A stretch of DNA of 64,000 bases from Christensenella sp. UBA7571 (GTDB lineage: Bacteria; Bacillota; Clostridia; Christensenellales; CAG-917), in contig DLLD01000001.1 in assembly GCA_002476605.1 (NCBI GenBank), positions 17,449-81,448 of the forward strand, read 5' to 3'. The notes below the pieces were generated by a model. The model was not told the DNA's origin. It was given only the letters and a program-made list of their open reading frames with translations, and did not search any database. Positions 56,448 through 64,000 of this stretch are shown piece by piece. Both the position numbers and the translations under genes were made by a program. Positions within the stretch are counted from its first letter, which is position 1. Each line of letters begins with the position of its first letter.

Positions 56448-56576
56448 CTTAAACTTCACTAAACGGATGAAGAGCAAGGAAACACCCACCCGATACAAAA
56501 CCCAACGTACAAGTCGTACGTGATTTTGTAGCGGATGGGTGATGACACAGCTATTCGCCGTTTAGTGAAGTTTAAG
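56448..56576. repeat. long-hairpin element, copy 1 (129 nt), beginning at the pyrH stop codon
   Basis: Perfect 19-bp outer stem 56448-56466/56558-56576. Middle stem of 18 positions (16 base pairs, 2 mismatches) 56483-56500/56524-56541. Tip acgtac/gtacgt. Shares conserved loop blocks with copy 2. Confidence 0.75.
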
Positions 56577-57309
56577 ATATTGTCGTGCCGACGGGAAGAC
56601 CGCAGACTGCACGTTCCATACTTCCCTCTTGCATAAGCGCAAAGGCTACGACGGGGATATTGTTGTCCATACACATCGTGATGGCGGTGGTGTCCATAGC
56701 TTTGAGCCCAAGGGAGATGACTTGCATATAGGTGAGATGGTCGAACTTCTTAGCGTCTTTGTTCTTCTTGGGGTCGCAATCGTATATACCGTCCACGTTT
56801 TTGGCGCAAAGAAGAGCGTCCGCACCGATTTCGCAAGCGCGAAGCGCAGCACCCGTATCCGTAGAGAAGTAAGGATTGCCCGTTCCGCAAGCGAAAATCA
56901 CGACTCTGCCCTTTTCAAAATGGCGGATTGCCTTGCGCAAGATATACGGCTCGGCAACTTTGGTTATCGTAAGCGCGGTTTGCACTCTTACGGGTACGCC
57001 GTGCTCTTCGAGTTTGTCTTGAAGTGCAAGAGCGTTCATAACCGTTGCAAGCATACCCATATAATCGGCGGTTGCACGGTTCATTTTGTCTGCGGCTTGA
57101 AGACCTCTCCAAAAGTTTCCACCGCCGATTACGATGCCGACGTCTACGCCGAGGTCTTTGACTGCGACGATTTGTCTGCAAACGAATTCAAGCTTTTCGT
57201 TGTCGATACCCGCACCGTTTTCTTTTGCGAGAGCTTCGCCAGAAATCTTGATTATCACTCTTTTATACTTCACGGACGGGTCGACCGTCTTTTGAATAGT
57301 TTCGCTCAT
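56572..57309 (-). CDS. pyrH: UMP kinase
   Basis: KRVIIKISGEAL and GGGNFWRG. ATG 57309 has RBS aaggag. Confidence 0.94.
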   Translation of the reverse strand: MSETIQKTVDPSVKYKRVIIKISGEALAKENGAGIDNEKLEFVCRQIVAVKDLGVDVGIVIGGGNFWRGLQAADKMNRATADYMGMLATVMNALALQDKLEEHGVPVRVQTALTITKVAEPYILRKAIRHFEKGRVVIFACGTGNPYFSTDTGAALRACEIGADALLCAKNVDGIYDCDPKKNKDAKKFDHLTYMQVISLGLKAMDTTAITMCMDNNIPVVAFALMQEGSMERAVCGLPVGTTIS

Positions 57310-57403
57310 TTTCACTCCTTTTCGAGTATCTAACGCACTATTTTTATAATACGTTTGCACCGTATAGGCACGATTTAATCGTTGTCGCTTTGAAAAAACG
57401 TTC

Positions 57404-57433
57404 AAAAAAAGGAATGGAAAACCATTCCTTTTT
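57404..57433. terminator. tsf terminator (bidirectional architecture)
   Basis: ggaatgg (57411-57417) / ccattcc (57422-57428), with an A-run on plus and a T-run on minus. Confidence 0.75.
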
Positions 57434-57440
57434 CGATTGA

Positions 57441-58313
57441 TTATTTTGCCAAGTGGGCTTGCGCCATAACTTCGCCGACGAAGTCGTCTTCTCTCTTTTG
57501 CAAACCTTCGCCCATTGCGTAACGGGTGAAGCGAATGACTTTGACGTCACCGTTTTGTTTGAGGTATTGAGAAATGGTCAAATCACCGTTCTTAACGAAA
57601 ACTTGTTCGTTGAGGCAAACGTCTTTGTAGAATTTGTTAATTCTGCCGACGAGCATCTTTTCGATGATTGCTTCGGGCTTCTTGCTGTCCTCGTTGAGAG
57701 CTTGTGCTTTGAGAATTTCTTTCTCGTGGTCAACTTCGGATTGAGGAACTTCTTCTCTGCAAACGTATTGTGCGTTTGCAGCTGCGATTTGAAGTGCGAC
57801 GTCGTGAACGACTTCTGCGCTTGCGCCTTGGGTAGCTTCGACCATAACGCCGATTTTACCGCCCATATGGATATAGGTGTCAACGACGGTGTCGTTTGCT
57901 TGATATACCGTGAAACGACGAATGGAGAGTTTTTCACCCATCTTCATAACGTACTCGTTGGTGGTGTCTTGCATTGCTGCGACTACGTCTGCAACGGTAA
58001 CGCCCTCGTTGTCGAGGATATAATCTGCAACTTTTGCAACATACTCTTTGAATACCGGACCGCCTGCGACGAAGTCAGACTCGCAGTTGACTTCCAAAAG
58101 GACGGATTTGCCGTTCTTGCTTGCTGCGAAAACGATACCTTCTGCCGCGATACGAGCTTCTTTCTTTGCTGCGGTTGCCATACCTTTTTCTCTCAAAAAG
58201 TCGATTGCAGCCTCCATATCGCCGTCAGTTGCTACGAGAGCCTTTTTGCAATCCATCATACCGACACCGGTACGTTGGCGAAGTTCCATAACGTCTTTGC
58301 TTGTGAATGCCAT
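57441..58313 (-). CDS. tsf: elongation factor Ts
   Basis: [22 protein letters not shown]-like N-terminus. ATG at 58313. Confidence 0.95.
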   Translation of the reverse strand: MAFTSKDVMELRQRTGVGMMDCKKALVATDGDMEAAIDFLREKGMATAAKKEARIAAEGIVFAASKNGKSVLLEVNCESDFVAGGPVFKEYVAKVADYILDNEGVTVADVVAAMQDTTNEYVMKMGEKLSIRRFTVYQANDTVVDTYIHMGGKIGVMVEATQGASAEVVHDVALQIAAANAQYVCREEVPQSEVDHEKEILKAQALNEDSKKPEAIIEKMLVGRINKFYKDVCLNEQVFVKNGDLTISQYLKQNGDVKVIRFTRYAMGEGLQKREDDFVGEVMAQAHLAK

Positions 58314-58382
58314 ATATTTTCTCCTATTATTTTGTTTTGAAACCGCACGCAAGGGTTGGTTGCGTGCGGATAAAGTCAATAA

Positions 58383-59210
58383 TTATTCTTGTGCTTCTTT
58401 TTCTGCAATTGCTTTTTCAAGAGCTTCTTCGGGAGTGAGAGCTTTCTCTTCCACTACTTCTGCCTTGACTTCTTCAACTGCGGGTGCTTCTTCTTTTGCT
58501 TCCTCAACGGGAGCTGCGTGCAAAGATTCACCTTGTTTTGCTTCGATAACTGCGTCAGCCATCAAAGATGCGAAGAGTTGGATTGCGCGGATAGCGTCGT
58601 CGTTGCCGGGAATGACGTAATCGACGAGATCGGGATCGCAGTTGGTATCGACTACTGCAACGATCGGGATATTGAGCTTGCGAGCTTCTCTAACAGCGTT
58701 TTCTTCTTTTTTGAGGTCGACTACGAACAAGCAACCGGGCAAAGTACGCATATTCTTGATACCGCCGAGGTTCTTTTCGAGATCGTCACGCTCTTTTTTG
58801 AGGTGTGCGACTTCTTTCTTGGGGAGAAGTTCAAACTCACCGATAAGTTCCATTTGATTGATTTTGTTCAAACGGTCGATTCTTTGACGAATGGTCTTGA
58901 AGTTGGTGAGCGTGCCACCGAGCCATCTTTGGTTGATGTAGAACATATCGCAACGTTCTGCCTCTTGTTTGATGGCGTCTTGTGCTTGTTTCTTCGTGCC
59001 GACGAAGAGAACGGATTTGCCTTCTGCTGCAACGCTCTTTACGAAGTTGTAAGCGGCTTCAACGTGATCGACGGAGATTTGAAGGTCGATGATGTGAATG
59101 TCGTTTCTGGTTGCATAGATGTACTTGCCCATTTTCGGATTCCAACGTTTGGTTTGATGTCCGAAGTGTACGCCTGCTTCGAGCAGGGCTTTCATTGTTG
59201 TTACGGCCAT
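58383..59210 (-). CDS. rpsB: 30S ribosomal protein S2 (with acidic C-terminal extension)
   Basis: [19 protein letters not shown]. The C-terminal tail is E/A/K-rich. Confidence 0.96.
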   Translation of the reverse strand: MAVTTMKALLEAGVHFGHQTKRWNPKMGKYIYATRNDIHIIDLQISVDHVEAAYNFVKSVAAEGKSVLFVGTKKQAQDAIKQEAERCDMFYINQRWLGGTLTNFKTIRQRIDRLNKINQMELIGEFELLPKKEVAHLKKERDDLEKNLGGIKNMRTLPGCLFVVDLKKEENAVREARKLNIPIVAVVDTNCDPDLVDYVIPGNDDAIRAIQLFASLMADAVIEAKQGESLHAAPVEEAKEEAPAVEEVKAEVVEEKALTPEEALEKAIAEKEAQE

Positions 59211-59308
59211 TTTAATGGTCCTCCTATTGTTTTTTACCTCTCGCAGACTCGACGTCCGAACCTCCGATGGAACAGAACGGACTCCTCTACGATGCAGGGT
59301 CGATTGGA

Positions 59309-59337
59309 ATTATATTATATATAAAATAATTTTGCAA
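59309..59337 (-). promoter_or_regulatory. rpsB promoter
   Basis: On the minus strand: TTGCAA (59337-59332), 17 nt, TATAAT (59314-59309). This leaves a ~90-nt structured leader. Confidence 0.55.
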
Positions 59338-59460
59338 ATAAAATTCGGGTGTTTTTGAGGAAATTTTTCAAATTTTTACGATTATTATTGAATTTTGAGA
59401 AAAACGCCTTGAAAAATGAATAATGGTAGTTGCATTTTTCCGCTTTCGGAAAAAAGTTTA

Positions 59461-59589
59461 TAAAGACCGCGATATTTAGATGAAGAGCGCGAAAAAGCCC
59501 CTTGGACAGCAACCCTAACGTACTAATGCGTACGTGAGTTGATGAACAAGGGGCTTTGACAATGCTATTCGCTAAATAGTGCGGTCTTA
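59461..59589. repeat. long-hairpin element, copy 2, beginning at the stop codon of the DUF1292 gene
   Basis: Outer stem 59463-59479/59572-59588 (15 WC pairs, 1 GU, 1 mismatch). Middle stem aaagcccctt/aaggggcttt (59494-59503/59548-59557). Tip acgtac/gtacgt. Conserved blocks atgaagagc and gacaNNgctattcgc are shared with copy 1. Confidence 0.75.
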
Positions 59590-59940
59590 CTTGCAGTTGT
59601 GGTCGCAACAGGAGCAGTGCTCGTCATCACAGCAACCGCCTTCCATCTTTTCAACCTCTGCCATAAACTCGTCGAAAACGCGTTGGAGCAAATCTTCGTC
59701 CTCGATTGCGATAAAGACGTCGTTGCCTTCTTCGTTCTCACCGATTTCGTAAATAAGCACTTCGTCCTCTTCGATGTCGTCGAGTTTTTGGACGGGTTTC
59801 ATAACGATAAACCATCTGTTGTCAACGTCGAGAGTTGCGAGATGATAAAATTCTTCGTCTTTGTCCGTTTCTTCGTTGTAAAGAGTGATGATATCGTCGT
59901 CTTCTTCCATATTGTTTTGGTCTTCAAAAAAATCTGCCAT
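59587..59940 (-). CDS. DUF1292 (YrzB-like) acidic protein with Cys/His-rich C-terminal tail
   Basis: The acidic pattern ...ITLYNEETDKDEEFYHLATLDVDNRWFIVMKP... is typical of DUF1292. Position after ruvX. The tail is GGCCDDEHCSCCDHNCK. Confidence 0.8.
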   Translation of the reverse strand: MADFFEDQNNMEEDDDIITLYNEETDKDEEFYHLATLDVDNRWFIVMKPVQKLDDIEEDEVLIYEIGENEEGNDVFIAIEDEDLLQRVFDEFMAEVEKMEGGCCDDEHCSCCDHNCK

Positions 59941-60046
59941 TGTAGTTCTCCTTTGGACGCGGGGCGTCTTGATACATTGATATTAACATATTTTGCGCAA
60001 TTTGCAAGCAAAATATCTTCGTCTATGCAATTTAATCGCTTTTTAA

Positions 60047-60475
60047 TTATCTGCTATGCGAGTCGAGATAAGATTGCAAAATGATGGTGGCGGCAACCTT
60101 ATCGATGACCTTTTTGCGTTTTTCACGGCGCACGTCGGCGTCTATGAGCATACGCTCGGCGGATACGGTCGTAAGCCTTTCGTCTTGATAGAATATCGGA
60201 AGTCCGCTCGTTTCACCGAGTTTATAGCCGAATTCCCTCGTGATTATCGCTCTATCGCCTTCCGTTCCGTCCATATTCTTTGGAAGTCCCAAAACGAACG
60301 CGTCGGCGTCTTCTCTTTTGGCGTATTCGCAAAAATACGCGATATCCGCGTCCATATCACCTTTTTTGCGCACGTACGTTTCTCTCGGATTTGCGGTTAT
60401 TCCGAGCAAATCGCTCACCGCAACGCCGATACGCACGTCACCTACGTCAAGTGCAATCTTGTGTTTTTGCATCAT
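60047..60475 (-). CDS. ruvX: Holliday junction resolvase-like / pre-16S rRNA nuclease RuvX (YqgF)
   Basis: IALDVGDVRIGVAVSD and DERLTTV motifs. ATGA overlap with the upstream permease gene. Confidence 0.9.
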   Translation of the reverse strand: MMQKHKIALDVGDVRIGVAVSDLLGITANPRETYVRKKGDMDADIAYFCEYAKREDADAFVLGLPKNMDGTEGDRAIITREFGYKLGETSGLPIFYQDERLTTVSAERMLIDADVRREKRKKVIDKVAATIILQSYLDSHSR

Positions 60476-62202
60476 TTTATCATTCCTCTGCGATTAAAAT
60501 TTGATTTTGCGCGTTTTTCGGGCTTATTGAGACCGATGAGTGCGTAATACTCTATTCCTTTGCTCTTTATAAGGCACAATCCGATTACGAGCACCGCCAC
60601 CGAGATAACCGTTGCCACTGCCCAGAATATCACCTTCACGATTACGTCACCGAGTTGCGGAGCGTAAATCGAAAGCATCAAGCCGAGCAAGAACAACGCT
60701 ACTGCGGGAATTATTGCCATAAACGCGGATATTATTTGATAATAGTTACCGCGACTTGCGTTGCGCAATTCGGACACGTCTTCCCAATGTTGATTGCCCT
60801 TCTTCATATCGAAAAGCACGTTGATGCAGTTGATACCCACCACCATAAGCATAGTATCTACGCCGATAAGCAACGTCGAGACGATATCTATCTTGAAAAG
60901 GAGCAATGCGATGAGCATTATCGGTATCATTATAACAGCAGGAACGATTGTTGCAAGCAAAACTTTGGATTTTATGCTGTCAATCGGCTTAATCGGCAAA
61001 GATTTGGTCGCAAAAAACGATTTTCCTTCCCTCGTATACGCCAAGGACGCCGTGAGATTTGCACCCGCAAGGAATATCATCGAATACATAACGACGAAGC
61101 CTATTCCCATCATTTCGGACATAAGCGGTGACAAAGTTTCTCCGTTTTCGGCCTTAAATCCCGTAATGAAATACATCACGACGATAAAAATCGGTGCCAT
61201 AAGCGTGTTGGCAAAGGACGTCATCGCAAGCGTGCTGTTGCGGATAATGGACTTAAAATCCCTCTTGACGAGCGACGTTACGATATTATCTCGTTTGAGC
61301 GTGGTTTTGCTCGACGCGCTTTGGACGGCGGTTTCCGTATTTTTGACGTTGATACGTTTATAAAACGCCATTGCGAGCAGTATCATAACCGCAATCATAC
61401 CGACGATTACGGCGGCGGATATTCCAAAATTCTTGCCCGCGTTTATTCCGTAGCAAAAATCGACGAGCACTTTGTCGGGATATATCGCTCTCGCAACGCC
61501 GTATAGCGACGAAAGCGCGCCTTGGGATATCTCAACGTCACCCTCTTGCCCGAAGCCTTTGGTGTTCATAAAATACACGACCACCATATACGCGCCCATC
61601 AAAATCACGTAAAAGATTATGGTAAGCACGCTTTTAAGCGTGGGTTTGCCCTTAAAGTACGAGCCAAGCCACGCGATAGGCATTGAAAACAGCACCGCGA
61701 CGAACAGCGGAAGCACGGGCGCGACGAGTGCAACGAGCAAAATTAGCGGATACGCACCGTAAAACATCGTGTGATTTACTACGTTGAAAGTTATCGTAAC
61801 CGCATACGCAATTGGCAAAAACACCACCGCGGACAATTTGAGCGCGTTGACGTACACGAGCGCAAATTTTGCAAAGAACACGCCCGTCGGCTTAATAGGC
61901 AAAGTTTGCAAAAACGGCGTGTCTTTTGCGTCGTATAGCGTCGAAAACATCGAAGCCATAGACAAGAAAAGCACGAGCATTTGCGTTGCAAACAACACCG
62001 ACGTCAAAAGCGCGGATAAGTCGGCGATACTTTTTAGCGACGAAGCCAAAAACGCCATCATTACCGCAATCATTATCACGAGCGGAGATATCGACAAAAT
62101 CGCGCCGACGCTTCGAGATATGCGCTTTTTGCCCTTTTCCGCCTCGGTTGGCGCAGTGGCGTTGCGATACAACGTCTTGAATAACAAAACCGATTTATTC
62201 AT
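60472..62202 (-). CDS. ABC exporter permease-like polytopic membrane protein (576 aa)
   Basis: About 12 hydrophobic segments. Lies directly downstream of an ABC ATPase with a 3-nt gap. Confidence 0.7.
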   Translation of the reverse strand: MNKSVLLFKTLYRNATAPTEAEKGKKRISRSVGAILSISPLVIMIAVMMAFLASSLKSIADLSALLTSVLFATQMLVLFLSMASMFSTLYDAKDTPFLQTLPIKPTGVFFAKFALVYVNALKLSAVVFLPIAYAVTITFNVVNHTMFYGAYPLILLVALVAPVLPLFVAVLFSMPIAWLGSYFKGKPTLKSVLTIIFYVILMGAYMVVVYFMNTKGFGQEGDVEISQGALSSLYGVARAIYPDKVLVDFCYGINAGKNFGISAAVIVGMIAVMILLAMAFYKRINVKNTETAVQSASSKTTLKRDNIVTSLVKRDFKSIIRNSTLAMTSFANTLMAPIFIVVMYFITGFKAENGETLSPLMSEMMGIGFVVMYSMIFLAGANLTASLAYTREGKSFFATKSLPIKPIDSIKSKVLLATIVPAVIMIPIMLIALLLFKIDIVSTLLIGVDTMLMVVGINCINVLFDMKKGNQHWEDVSELRNASRGNYYQIISAFMAIIPAVALFLLGLMLSIYAPQLGDVIVKVIFWAVATVISVAVLVIGLCLIKSKGIEYYALIGLNKPEKRAKSNFNRRGMIK

Positions 62203-62205
62203 ATC

Positions 62206-62958
62206 TTACTCCGCTACCGCATTTGACACGCTATGCGTGTCGTCAGTGAGTTTGAGGAACAATTCTTCGAGAGATTTGTCCTTGTTTCTCTCTTTGAGTT
62301 CGTCTATCGCGCAACACGTAATAAGGTGTCCGTCGTCGATTATGCCCACTCTGTCGCACACTTTTTCCACCACTTCGAGAACGTGTGAGGAGAAAAACAC
62401 ACTGTTTCCTTTGTCCGCGTGTTCGCGCATAAGTTGCTTTAAGTTGTACGCCGAGCGAGGATCGAGTCCCGTCATAGGTTCGTCAAGCACCCAAAGTTTC
62501 GGCTCGTGTATGAGTGCGCCGATTATGTTGAGCTTTTGCTTCATACCGTGCGAATACGTGGATATTTGCTTGTTTATAGCGTCTTGCAAAGCAAAAAGTT
62601 CGGCGTATTTGTCAAGCCTCGGTTGTCTTTGCGCCGTCGGGACGTCGAAAACGTCGCAAATAAAGTTTATATACTCAACGCCCGTAAGCCCCTCGTACAT
62701 AACGTGGTCGTCGCTCACGTAACCGAGAATTTTCTTTGCTTCGATAGGATTTTGCTTTATATCGATACCGTCAAGCAATATCGAGCCGTCTTCAAAGTCG
62801 ATAATTCCCGTGATAGACTTTATCGTCGTGGATTTTCCCGCCCCGTTCGGACCGATAAATCCGAATATTTCACCGTCACCGACCGTCAAAGACAAATTGT
62901 CGACGGACGGTTTTTGGTTTCCGCCGTAAGTTTTGGTTAAGTTTCTGATTTCAAGCAT
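62206..62958 (-). CDS. ABC transporter ATP-binding protein
   Basis: Walker A GPNGAGKSTT, signature-like YSHGMKQKL and Walker B LWVLDEP. Confidence 0.92.
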   Translation of the reverse strand: MLEIRNLTKTYGGNQKPSVDNLSLTVGDGEIFGFIGPNGAGKSTTIKSITGIIDFEDGSILLDGIDIKQNPIEAKKILGYVSDDHVMYEGLTGVEYINFICDVFDVPTAQRQPRLDKYAELFALQDAINKQISTYSHGMKQKLNIIGALIHEPKLWVLDEPMTGLDPRSAYNLKQLMREHADKGNSVFFSSHVLEVVEKVCDRVGIIDDGHLITCCAIDELKERNKDKSLEELFLKLTDDTHSVSNAVAE

Positions 62959-62991
62959 AATATACTTCCTTCAATTTCGTAGATTTCAATA

Positions 62992-63012
62992 GTTGAATAC
63001 ATAGTATTCAAC
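62992..63012. promoter_or_regulatory. candidate TetR operator (inverted repeat) upstream of the ABC operon
   Basis: gttgaata-catag-tattcaac is an 8-bp perfect inverted repeat. It lies 34 nt upstream of the ABC ATPase start and downstream of a TATAAT (minus strand, 63020-63015). Confidence 0.45.
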
Positions 63013-63063
63013 CGATTATATTCAATGCTGTTTCGATTGATACTAATCGATATTTCAATGCTG

Positions 63064-63615
63064 TTATTTGGCAAGTCTGAGCCTTACTTTGAGACCGTTG
63101 TAAACGTCGGACAACATCTCGGTTACGCTATCCTCGTCCCATTCGATGTATTTAGTCGCAATCATCGTCGCAAAACCGTGAACAAACACCCACATTTCCG
63201 TTTGCAAACGCATTGCAGTCTCCACCGAGCAAGAAAAAAGTTTGGTCAAAAGCGTTATCGTGCTTTTGAGCGCCATACTGTTTTGCGTAACGATGCCGTT
63301 ATTTTCCATAAAAAGCATTTTGAAAAACTGCGGATAGTCCCTTGCAAAGCCGATATACGCCATACCGATTGCCATATACGGCAAATATTTGTCGGATTTG
63401 GAGTTGACCGCCATATATTCTTCGTACTTTTGGGATACTGTGTTCAAAATATCCGCTTTCAAGTCGTCCATCGTGGCGTAATTGTAAAAAACGGGTTGAA
63501 TGGAGCAACCGAGTTTCTTCGCAACGGCACGAGCGTTGAGGCTTTCACCGCCCAAAATCATCTCGATGCCCGCTTGCTTTATCATCTCTTTGGATATCGT
63601 GGCTTGTCTTGGCAT
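63064..63615 (-). CDS. TetR/AcrR family transcriptional regulator
   Basis: N-terminal HTH (...ESLNARAVAKKLGCSIQPVFYNYATMDDL...), 183 aa. Confidence 0.88.
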   Translation of the reverse strand: MPRQATISKEMIKQAGIEMILGGESLNARAVAKKLGCSIQPVFYNYATMDDLKADILNTVSQKYEEYMAVNSKSDKYLPYMAIGMAYIGFARDYPQFFKMLFMENNGIVTQNSMALKSTITLLTKLFSCSVETAMRLQTEMWVFVHGFATMIATKYIEWDEDSVTEMLSDVYNGLKVRLRLAK

Positions 63616-63749
63616 AACTGCCTCCGTTTTATTTTATATCGTATGATATTATATCGCTTGATATGTGTTTTGTCAACCACTAAAAAGTGGTTATTTAGAA
63701 AACAAGTCGCGAAAATCGCGACTTGTTTGTTTTTATTTATAAAAATATC

Positions 63750-64000
63750 CTATTTCCTCTTTGATTGTCTTTCTTTAATTACTTTTTCAAAGCCGTTTTC
63801 GGTCGGCTCGTAAAATACGGCGTCTTTTATCTCGTCGGGCAAATATTGTTGCTTCACCCAACCGCCGTATGAGTGCGGATATTTGTATCCGCTCACCTTT
63901 TCGTCAATGCCTTTGTAGTTGGGATCGCGAAGATATAGGGGCACGGTTTCGTGCTTTATGGTCTTCACTGCGTTTTCCGCACCGCCGAGAGCCTCCACCA
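63750..64000 (-). CDS. rarA: replication-associated recombination protein A (RarA/MgsA), C-terminal fragment; the 5' part lies outside the window
   Basis: ...YKYPHSYGGWVKQQYLPDEI...FYEPTENGFE... is the typical RarA C-terminus. The ORF runs off the window edge. Confidence 0.8.
   Translation of the reverse strand, partial: VEALGGAENAVKTIKHETVPLYLRDPNYKGIDEKVSGYKYPHSYGGWVKQQYLPDEIKDAVFYEPTENGFEKVIKERQSKRK

Noticed and set aside
56153-56462. ORFs of 78 aa (-) and 90 aa (+) inside the pyrH-frr spacer.
   Set aside because: They have no Shine-Dalgarno sequence. The composition (Pro/Arg/Leu/Gly-rich) reflects the GC-rich structured DNA. The region is better explained by nested helices.
56448-56576. 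The hairpin elements as integron attC sites. They are imperfect palindromes of ~130 bp directly after stop codons.
   Set aside because: The ends do not match the R''/R' cores (RYYYAAC / GTTRRRY). No integrase is present. The flanking genes are core housekeeping genes, not cassettes.

Overview
This 64-kb chromosomal segment comes from a spore-forming, Clostridia-like Firmicute. About 60 CDS are almost all housekeeping genes in classic Firmicute order. The plus strand carries priA-def-fmt-rsmB-rlmN-rsgA-rpe-spoVM / rpmB / yloU-yloV-recG, tlyA-nadK-argR-recN, pheST, mutS2, a cysteine desulfurase gene with thiI, and miaB-mutSL-miaA. The minus strand carries rpsB-tsf-pyrH-frr-uppS-cdsA-dxr-rseP-ispG-[polC slot]-rimP-nusA-ylxR-ylxQ-infB-rbfA-nrnA-truB-ribF. 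No tRNA or rRNA genes, CRISPR arrays, transposases or prophage genes were seen. The interesting content is non-coding. (1) A ~580-nt ORF-free, promoter-driven structured RNA lies between recG and a 4-TM protein, in the neighbourhood known for OLE RNA/oapA. (2) RNase P RNA is present. (3) The pyrH-frr spacer is abnormally long (~495 nt) and holds a ~270-nt GC-rich multi-helix element of unknown class. (4) A ~130-nt long-hairpin element occurs twice, each time starting at the stop codon of a minus-strand gene, with conserved loops and compensatory stem changes. (5) A ~400-bp ORF-free tract has a degenerate 12-bp periodic A-tract motif. Protein-level oddities are a PolC-like NTD/OB/exonuclease protein without a polymerase core in the polC slot, a MutS2 lacking the Smr domain, an OapA-like protein with long Lys-rich tails, and a DUF1292 protein with a Cys-rich tail. 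All calls rest on reading the sequence and recalling family motifs. No database search was run.
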